This document shows positions 9,736-16,153 of a stretch of 64,000 nt of DNA, in pieces. Within the stretch, counting starts at the first letter, position 1. Each line of letters opens with the position of its first letter. The notes beneath the pieces are model-generated. The model was not told the origin of the DNA and searched no databases. It saw only the letters and a list, made by a program, of their open reading frames with translations. Where the stretch lies: NCBI GenBank assembly GCA_029548865.1, contig JAKPMO010000005.1:26046-90045 (forward strand), given 5' to 3'. The position numbers were made by a program, and so were the translations under genes. This stretch comes from Caldisericota bacterium. GTDB lineage: Bacteria > Caldisericota > Caldisericia > JAAYUI01.

Positions 9736-10446
9736 TTACGCCATCATGTTCCAGGCTGGTACAAAATAAGCCGGGGGGCGTGCCATGTCCGTTGGCATAT
9801 CAATGTAACCTATTGTGCCGACACCAGATTGTGTGTACTGGGCAAAAGTGCCAGTTGGAAGGTTATCGTCTCTTCTGAAATAGACCTCAATGGAAAACAT
9901 CGGGGCGCCAAAAACATCCTGGATACAATTTTTCATTCCAATTGGGAGGCCTGGGCCACCTTCTACAAAGGTCTGGATATTTGGCATTTCAGTCGCACAG
10001 TTCCAGTATGAATCAGGAGGTGTAGCACCAGACTGGCATGAACCTGTAAATCGCCAATCTATAATGCCAGAAGGTGCTATTTTTTGGGTTGGCAGTATTG
10101 GATTATCATTGCGGTATGTGTTCTGCGGGAGAGGGCTAGTCATTATTTTCCCGTTGTGCTTGTAGAGTACCAATGGATCAAAATTGAATCCGGCAGGAGC
10201 TCCCTTTGCAATCTCTTTAAGGGCCCTGTCAGCAATATTCCTAATTTTTTTCTGGTTTTCTCTTGAATAGATCTGGATAAACGGAGCTTTTTCTCCAATG
10301 ATCGGGGTTACATCAACCACGATCGCTCCAGGGTTCGATTCGTTTACCTTGCCCTTAGCAGTAGTTTTTGTTTCGAAGGCAAACACAGAACCGAAACCAA
10401 TTTGCACAATGAACAACACAGCTAGCGCCAATGAAATTTTTTTCAT
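9736..10446 (-). CDS. N-terminal fragment (signal peptide plus ~210 aa) of the same HEXXH surface protein, ending at the in-frame TAA
   Basis: Start at ATG 10446 with a GGGGAG SD. Signal peptide MKKISLALAVLFIVQIGFGSVFA. It ends ..PAYFVPAWNMMA-TAA, in frame with 5800..9735. Confidence 0.7.
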   Translation of the reverse strand: MKKISLALAVLFIVQIGFGSVFAFETKTTAKGKVNESNPGAIVVDVTPIIGEKAPFIQIYSRENQKKIRNIADRALKEIAKGAPAGFNFDPLVLYKHNGKIMTSPLPQNTYRNDNPILPTQKIAPSGIIDWRFTGSCQSGATPPDSYWNCATEMPNIQTFVEGGPGLPIGMKNCIQDVFGAPMFSIEVYFRRDDNLPTGTFAQYTQSGVGTIGYIDMPTDMARPPAYFVPAWNMMA

Positions 10447-11050
10447 GCTAACTCCCCTTTTTTTACGAAAAACAACCGAATGGTCTAGAATAGAAACAGC
10501 TTGAAAACGACAAATACGAGCAGTACCAATACGATACAAATTAAGATTATTAACGAACAATTACAATTTATTGATATTGGAATGAATTGTCAAGTGGCCA
10601 CTCTTGGGATAATTTCCAATGCAAATCTTTCTTTGGCCAAAATTTCCAAACAAATATAAAAAACCACCACAAAATGGTCTATTTGAGATATAATAGCACA
10701 TTTTTGTATCTCAATGTTACATATGTGCATATCAAATTTATTAAGCTATTCATATACATAAAAATTGGGCAAGAATCATTTATAAAAACATGGAGGTTCT
10801 CATTTATTTAGGTTTGGATTTATAAACAATATTTAAATTTATGACTAAAATTAGTAATTTATATATCAAAAATTAATTTAATGCTAAATCGGTAAACAGT
10901 ACTCATATTTGATATTAATAATTTTTACTGGATTGGAAATAAATCATTCAAACAGTTTGGTATAAACCTATGGAAAAGAAAAAATGCCATAGGTTTGCCA
11001 AAAGCACGTTTCTTTTAATTTTAAAAGCGAACAAAAACTTCAAAGATAAC

Positions 11051-11078
11051 TTGACACACAAATCCCCAAAAATATACT
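11051..11078 (+). promoter_or_regulatory. putative sigma70-type promoter of the ferredoxin gene (TTGACA-16-TATACT)
   Basis: TTGACA at 11051-11056 and TATACT at 11073-11078, about 30 nt before AAGGAGGA and ATG 11108. Confidence 0.45.
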
Positions 11079-11107
11079 ACGCATGCATTACAAATTAAGG
11101 AGGAACC

Positions 11108-11290
11108 ATGAAACCAACAGTCGACAAAGAGACTTGCATCGGTTGCGGAGTTTGCGCCTCAGTTTGCCCGGACGTTTTTGAAATTGGAAGTGATGGCCTT
11201 GCAGGCGTTATCAGTGGCTCGGATTGCGGTGGTTGCGGTTGCTGCGAAGAAGCTGCCGAGAACTGCCCAGTTGCTGCTATTAAACTCTGA
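11108..11290 (+). CDS. small 4Fe-4S ferredoxin (60 aa)
   Basis: CIGCGVCASVCP (CxxCxxCxxxCP) plus a second block CGGCGCCEEAAENCP (CxxCxxCx6CP). Strong SD and its own terminator. Confidence 0.85.
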   Translation: MKPTVDKETCIGCGVCASVCPDVFEIGSDGLAGVISGSDCGGCGCCEEAAENCPVAAIKL

Positions 11291-11302
11291 GAAAACAGAA
11301 AC

Positions 11303-11333
11303 AAAAAGCGGCCCTCTAAGGGGCCGCTTTTTT
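11303..11333. terminator. bidirectional rho-independent terminator
   Basis: AAAAA GCGGCCC-loop-GGGCCGC TTTTTT, between convergent fdx and the CYTH gene. Confidence 0.7.
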
Positions 11334-11352
11334 ATTGAATGAAAAAGTTTTT

Positions 11353-12063
11353 CTAAAGAAGCTCTATTCCCCTGCTCATTTTTGAAACCGACGAGAAACG
11401 CGAATCTATACCCGTGATGTCTCGCACCCCAACATTTATCACTTCCATTATTTTTGTAGCCATGTCAAAAAGTTCGTTCGAGTAATAATCGATTTCAACT
11501 TGTGTAAACACTTCGTTTGGTCTTGCTTTGTATGTCACCCTATCAATTTTTATTTTGACCTGGTCATTGGGCTGGTCGCTGTAAGAAATAGGATATATAC
11601 ACCTTTCACACTTCAACCTGATAATCTCTGAAAGCCCCATTGATTCAAGGTGTTCCACCACGCCTATGGCCTCCGGACTCGGTGGGCAAAGCTTTTCAGG
11701 ATGATCCCTGAGAAGTTCGGCAATTATTTCATTTGTTTTCAAGACTGATATTTCATTATCATATATCTCGGCTGGTTTCCCATAGCTTGCCTCGTTGAGT
11801 TTCCTGTAGGCTATGAATTCCGCTTCCCTTGATTTTTGTGGCCACACTGATTTTCTGACTCTTATGTAGGCATCCTGGCTGTGCAAGAGAAACAATCCGG
11901 AGGGCTGAAGCTGGTCAAAATACCTGTCATAATTGATCATGTCTATTCTTGCCCTGACCGGCCATTTATATTTTTCGATAAGCTCAGAGATAAGAGTGGA
12001 AATCTTCGGCGAGGCATCGGCATTAATATCAAGCTTAAGCTCTCTTTCATTGGTTGGATTCAT
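11353..12063 (-). CDS. CYTH-domain protein (triphosphate tunnel metalloenzyme family), copy 1
   Basis: N-terminal ExExK signature NERELKLDI and a C-terminal acidic strand TQVEIDYY. Its ATG overlaps the stop of the upstream paralogue (ATGA). Confidence 0.6.
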   Translation of the reverse strand: MNPTNERELKLDINADASPKISTLISELIEKYKWPVRARIDMINYDRYFDQLQPSGLFLLHSQDAYIRVRKSVWPQKSREAEFIAYRKLNEASYGKPAEIYDNEISVLKTNEIIAELLRDHPEKLCPPSPEAIGVVEHLESMGLSEIIRLKCERCIYPISYSDQPNDQVKIKIDRVTYKARPNEVFTQVEIDYYSNELFDMATKIMEVINVGVRDITGIDSRFSSVSKMSRGIELL

Positions 12064-12710
12064 TGTTCTCCTCCGTTATTAAGGCCCAAAAGGAATTTGC
12101 TTTTTTGCGATGGCCCCAGGGTTGGATTTTTGTTTTTGACAAACTTTTTCTCGATGGCTTGTCTAAGAGTATCAAGAAAAGCCGGGCCTTCCACTTCTAT
12201 TTCAGAAAATACGTTGCTGGTTTTTGGAAAAACATAAGTATATGTATCAAAAGCTATTTGGCCACAACCTTTACTGCAGCATATTTCTCTGGTTTTTCTC
12301 CCCTTGGTCAAAACAACAACGGGCAAAAGCTTCTCCGGCTCAGAGAGCAATTTTAGCGTAGTCTCGTCTGCTGGGTCCTGGAAGATTGATTTCAATTTCT
12401 TGGTCACTTTGCCCATAAGGTCTTTGTAGGTGTTGGACTCCTCCTCAATCCTTATATGGTTTTTTTCATCAAAAGTCTCAAGGGTTTTTAGGGTTATTTT
12501 TTTCAAAATGCCACCCTCATAACGGTTTCTCAATGAATATCCAGAGTTTTTCAAAACAAAATCGCAGTCAAGGTAGACGTCAAGCTGATCTACAAACCTG
12601 ATGTCACCCAGGCTAAATCCAAGTTCAACGGAAATCTTTTCAATGGCCTCTTCGACGGCTTTTTTGTTCTTTAAAACCATATACTTTGATTCGTTTTCGA
12701 ATTGGACCAT
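12060..12710 (-). CDS. CYTH-domain protein, copy 2
   Basis: MVQFENESKY (ExExK) lies the same distance from the start as in copy 1, and SEIEVEG lies near the C-terminus. The track start, TTG 12743, lies inside the predicted -35 box, so ATG 12710 is preferred. Confidence 0.55.
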   Translation of the reverse strand: MVQFENESKYMVLKNKKAVEEAIEKISVELGFSLGDIRFVDQLDVYLDCDFVLKNSGYSLRNRYEGGILKKITLKTLETFDEKNHIRIEEESNTYKDLMGKVTKKLKSIFQDPADETTLKLLSEPEKLLPVVVLTKGRKTREICCSKGCGQIAFDTYTYVFPKTSNVFSEIEVEGPAFLDTLRQAIEKKFVKNKNPTLGPSQKSKFLLGLNNGGEQ

Positions 12711-12720
12711 TTTTAATGGT

Positions 12721-12748
12721 AATATAATGCCGCTTTCAGCCAAGTCAA
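12721..12748 (-). promoter_or_regulatory. putative promoter TTGACT-16-TATATT, 10 nt before ATG 12710 (no SD)
   Basis: The minus strand reads TTGACTTGGCTGAAAGCGGCATTATATT ACCATTAAAA ATG. Confidence 0.4.
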
Positions 12749-12759
12749 CGACTGATGCC

Positions 12760-12787
12760 TTGATTTGACAGTGATCACAACTAAAAT
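12760..12787 (+). promoter_or_regulatory. putative promoter TTGATT-16-TAAAAT, 8 nt before GTG 12796 (no SD)
   Basis: TTGATTTGACAGTGATCACAACTAAAAT GACCGTTT GTG. It sits back-to-back with the CYTH promoter. Confidence 0.4.
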
Positions 12788-12795
12788 GACCGTTT

Positions 12796-13812
12796 GTGAA
12801 TCCAGATTTTGATTACATATCCAAGGGGCTAGCGGGCGTAGAAGAAAACCTGTCAAAAGCCGCTTTATATCCAATAGGGCAAGCATTAGAGCTTGCTATT
12901 TCTCTTATTCCACTGGGACTGCCATCGGATTCACGCTTCTGGCTTGAAAAGCTCGCCCAGATGTCAAGAAATAGCCAAAGTTCCGGCAAAAGATTCAGGG
13001 CAAAACTGGCTCTTGCATCTTCCCAGGCCATAGGTCTTCCCGTAGACATGGCAATCAACCTTGGCGCTTTCGTAGAAATGATACAGTCCGCAAGCCTCAT
13101 ACACGACGACGTTGTGGACGAGGCATCATTAAGAAGAAATGAACCAACCGTAAACAGCCTCATGGGCAACCGTTTTGCGGTGCTTACCGGCGATTATGTT
13201 CTTTCTTTAGCTTTGACAAAATTGGGTGAACTAAAAAACCACAATCTGACAATGCGCTTTTCCGAGGTCGTATCACAAATGACGTTCGGTGAGGCAATGG
13301 AAATAGAAATAACGTTTGACCATACAAGAACAATCGCACATTATCTCACCACAATATCGCTCAAAACTGCTTCACTCCTGTCATTCTGCTGTCAAAGCGC
13401 CTGCCTGATCGCAAACGTTGATGAGAAAACAATAAACAGCCTTACAGAATTTGGTGCAAATCTCGGAATGGCCTTTCAGCTAATAGACGACACGCTTGAT
13501 TTTGTGGGCCCTGACGGGAAAGAAAAATGCCAGGATTTTAAGGAAGGCCTTTTAACCCTACCCATTTTATTGTTGGACATACAGGGAAACCCGTTTGATA
13601 AAAGCATTGACGAAATACAGGTTCTGATAGCAGAGAAAAACACTCTTACACAAACAATTGACAAGGCCAGGGAATATTCCGTAAAAGCAATAGACTGTCT
13701 GGATGGAATAAGGAGCCTGATCCCAGAACACTGCTTGCAAACATTTACCAACATAAATACAAGTATTTATGAAAGACTTCCCAATAATCTCAACCCATTT
13801 CCAAGGAGATAA
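12796..13812 (+). CDS. trans-polyprenyl diphosphate synthase (IspB/HepT-like)
   Basis: First Asp-rich motif LIHDDVVDE and second LIDDTLDF. 338 aa with a GTG start. Confidence 0.85.
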   Translation: MNPDFDYISKGLAGVEENLSKAALYPIGQALELAISLIPLGLPSDSRFWLEKLAQMSRNSQSSGKRFRAKLALASSQAIGLPVDMAINLGAFVEMIQSASLIHDDVVDEASLRRNEPTVNSLMGNRFAVLTGDYVLSLALTKLGELKNHNLTMRFSEVVSQMTFGEAMEIEITFDHTRTIAHYLTTISLKTASLLSFCCQSACLIANVDEKTINSLTEFGANLGMAFQLIDDTLDFVGPDGKEKCQDFKEGLLTLPILLLDIQGNPFDKSIDEIQVLIAEKNTLTQTIDKAREYSVKAIDCLDGIRSLIPEHCLQTFTNINTSIYERLPNNLNPFPRR

Positions 13813-13814
13813 AT

Positions 13815-14423
13815 ATGAGCGTAGACGAAATGATCCAGAAAACATGGAACAATAGCAACGGGCTCGACATCAATGTCGGTGTAAGCTCAAGACATATTCA
13901 TCTGCATGAGGACCATGTCAAAATACTCTTTGGTCATGATCTGACATGCTACAAGGACCTCACTCAGCCAGGGCAATACGCATGCAACGAAAAAGTTGAC
14001 CTGGTCGGACCTAAGGGAACCATCAAGGGAGTCAGGGTGTTAGGCCCAACTAGAAGGGCAACACAGGTTGAGGTTTCAAAAACCGACTCTATAATACTTG
14101 GTCTGGATGTACCACTCAGAATGTCAGATGACATAGAAGGGACTCCCGGAATAAAGCTGGTTGGAGAAAAAGGTGAAATTGTCCTGGACAAAGGAGTCAT
14201 CGTTGCAAAAAGACATATCCACATGTCACCCGAGGACGCTGAAAAAGCTGGCGTCACCAATGGTGAAATGGTCTGGGTTTCTGCCAATACACCAAGAAAA
14301 TTGGTAATGGGTGACATCGTGATAAGGGTTTCAAAAACCTTTGCACTCGATTTTCATATTGACACAGATGAGGCAAATGCAGCCTGGCTCAAAAGTGGAG
14401 ACAAAATCAGGATAGTGAGGTAA
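13815..14423 (+). CDS. pduL: PduL-type phosphate acyltransferase
   Basis: Duplicated PduL signature: GVSSRHIHLHEDHV and VAKRHIHMSPEDAEKAG. 202 aa with an AAGGAG SD. Confidence 0.85.
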   Translation: MSVDEMIQKTWNNSNGLDINVGVSSRHIHLHEDHVKILFGHDLTCYKDLTQPGQYACNEKVDLVGPKGTIKGVRVLGPTRRATQVEVSKTDSIILGLDVPLRMSDDIEGTPGIKLVGEKGEIVLDKGVIVAKRHIHMSPEDAEKAGVTNGEMVWVSANTPRKLVMGDIVIRVSKTFALDFHIDTDEANAAWLKSGDKIRIVR

Positions 14424-14426
14424 CTC

Positions 14427-15629
14427 ATGACAAAAGAAAAAATAGAAAACATACAACAAAGCACCGATACTTTTTCCATACAATACGAAAAAAACCAGAT
14501 TGACAACAAGGGTGTACGCTTTTCAACAATGTTGCTTGCGGCAAAATATGCTGCTATGGGACTCCTTATACTTCTGACCTACATCACCGGTTTCGCAAGA
14601 TACATAGGCGACTGGGCGATTGCACTTGGCGGAAGTGCCGACAATTTTGTAATATGGTTTGGTTTCGGTTTCGCTTACTCCATTTGCCTTTCGGTACTCG
14701 TTTTCCCAATTGACTGGTACAGGGAAGCAGTCGTGCAAGTAAAATCCGGTGTCCATGGAATGCCATGGGTAAATACGCTGGGAAGAATCCTTCGCAGAGA
14801 TTTCTTCGATGCCCTGCTTTGGGGTGGATTGAATTATTACTTCCTCGTTATGTATTTCTCACTCTCCACAACTGGAAGACAGGGTCCCATGGGTGGCAAC
14901 ACCCCACAATGGTGGATAATTTCAGCTCTCTGGGGTATGCTTTTTGTCCCGGCATTGTTCATAATAATCAATCTTCTCAAATTGATTACTGACAACTCAG
15001 TAAAACAGGTTCCAACAGGTCCTGACAGAAGGATAATAAAAGAGCTTGGAAGGAAATTTAGGGTAACCGTCCTCGATGTTTTCTACTACAACCTTGGCGG
15101 CGATTTTAATGCTGAAACCAAGCTTGTTGGTCTCTTTGGCGTATACTTCGTTTTCGCTCCAGCAAAGCTCAAAGGCAAAGATGTCATAATTGCGTCCGTT
15201 GCAAAAGCAATGGCAAGGGCAGACGTATTGAAAGGCACAGTCATTAACATTGTAAGATGGGTCTTCTTCGTAGCTGGTTCTTACTTGATATATCTCGCTT
15301 TCAACTGGGTCTATGTAAATAATGTCTTCTCCTGGTTCTCTGAACAGGCAGGAACCGGTGATCCAGCAGTTGGAATCATAGTAATGTTTATTATTGGCGC
15401 CCTCTATCTCATTGCCACTCCGCTCATAAATCTCATATCAAAACGTATGGACATCGGGGCCGACAAGCTCGCGTCAAGGGCAATTGGCAGACCAGAAGTT
15501 TATTCGAACTATCTCAAGATGGTGGACACTGGAAAAGCAATCTCCAGCGAAACAGACAACATGACAAAAATGTGTTTGATGGACACATACGATTCTGAAG
15601 AAATCGAGAGGCGCTTGGCCACTAAATGA
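14427..15629 (+). CDS. polytopic membrane protein resembling M48/Ste24 peptidases but lacking HEXXH
   Basis: 400 aa. FPIDWYREAVVQVKSG, VTVLDVFYYNLGGDFNAETK, ..VIIASVAKAMARADVLKG (where HELGH would be) and ADKLASRAIGRPEVYSNYLKMV follow the M48 block order as I remember it. There is no His-Glu-x-x-His anywhere. Confidence 0.4.
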   Translation: MTKEKIENIQQSTDTFSIQYEKNQIDNKGVRFSTMLLAAKYAAMGLLILLTYITGFARYIGDWAIALGGSADNFVIWFGFGFAYSICLSVLVFPIDWYREAVVQVKSGVHGMPWVNTLGRILRRDFFDALLWGGLNYYFLVMYFSLSTTGRQGPMGGNTPQWWIISALWGMLFVPALFIIINLLKLITDNSVKQVPTGPDRRIIKELGRKFRVTVLDVFYYNLGGDFNAETKLVGLFGVYFVFAPAKLKGKDVIIASVAKAMARADVLKGTVINIVRWVFFVAGSYLIYLAFNWVYVNNVFSWFSEQAGTGDPAVGIIVMFIIGALYLIATPLINLISKRMDIGADKLASRAIGRPEVYSNYLKMVDTGKAISSETDNMTKMCLMDTYDSEEIERRLATK

Positions 15630-16153
15630 ACATAGGCATCATAAGGATTTCAACGAAGGCTGACAGGTACCGCCTAAAGCAGACAATTGAGTCAATTGGC
15701 GTTCAGGTGGTACAGACGATTGATAGCGCAAGCATGCCCCCAACAATTGTTTTTGTTGGCACAGAAGACCAGATGCTCATGGCTTTCAAGCAGGCTGAGA
15801 ATCTTGGGGCCGAATACGCAAAAGTGTTGACACACATAAGGGAAGTGTCGCCCAAGTTGGTAAAAACCCTAAAAGAAGGCCCAAAATTCAAACCGGGGCA
15901 ACCATTCGGAATTCTTGAAACTGCCGGCCCAGAAGCAATCTTGGCTTGTGCAAATCTCGCAGCAATGTTTGACGGTATCGAACTGGCAGAAATTCAGCTG
16001 GCAAGCATGCCAAACGAGAAATCGCTCATGGTCATAACGGGTGATAAGAAATTGATTGAAAATGTTCTTGAGAGTGCAGAAATGATCTGCGAAAAAGCGC
16101 ATTTTACAGTCCCAGGAAGTAAGCCCTGGCAAAACGACGGAAGGCAAAACTGA
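15626..16153 (+). CDS. tandem BMC-domain-like protein (PduT/BMC-T-like), tentative
   Basis: 175 aa in two ~85-aa halves. IGIIRIS..GVQVVQ..TIVFVGTEDQMLMAFKQAENLG..VLTHIREVSP and FGILETAGPEAILACANLAA..IELAEI..SLMVITGDKKLIENVLESAE match the BMC pattern G-[IL]-[IV]-E-T..A.DA..K.A.V.L....v.V.GDv.aV..Av..g. ATGA overlap with the upstream gene. Confidence 0.45.
   Translation: MNIGIIRISTKADRYRLKQTIESIGVQVVQTIDSASMPPTIVFVGTEDQMLMAFKQAENLGAEYAKVLTHIREVSPKLVKTLKEGPKFKPGQPFGILETAGPEAILACANLAAMFDGIELAEIQLASMPNEKSLMVITGDKKLIENVLESAEMICEKAHFTVPGSKPWQNDGRQN

Noticed and set aside
9736-9738. In-frame TAA as evidence of stop-codon reassignment (alternative genetic code)
   Set aside because: TAA terminates several well-supported neighbouring genes at the expected protein ends (ccmE, hbd, kbl). 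All other long ORFs in the window behave normally under code 11.
10587-10811. 74-aa ORF in the AT-rich intergenic island
   Set aside because: Its composition-driven sequence is rich in K/N/I/F/Y, it has no SD, and it lies in obviously non-coding AT-rich DNA.
11108-11290. The extra CGGCGCC cysteine cluster in the ferredoxin as a novel metal site
   Set aside because: It can be read as a second, slightly expanded cluster motif (CxxCxxCx6CP), which makes this an ordinary small dicluster-type ferredoxin. It is not distinctive enough to flag.
13815-16153. A complete bacterial microcompartment locus around pduL
   Set aside because: No BMC-H (about 90-aa ..ALGMIET..) or BMC-P (EutN/CcmL) ORFs were found anywhere in the 64 kb, including among small unlisted ORFs I scanned. 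There is also no acylating aldehyde dehydrogenase next to pduL. Only the single tandem BMC-like gene remains, and it is reported as tentative.
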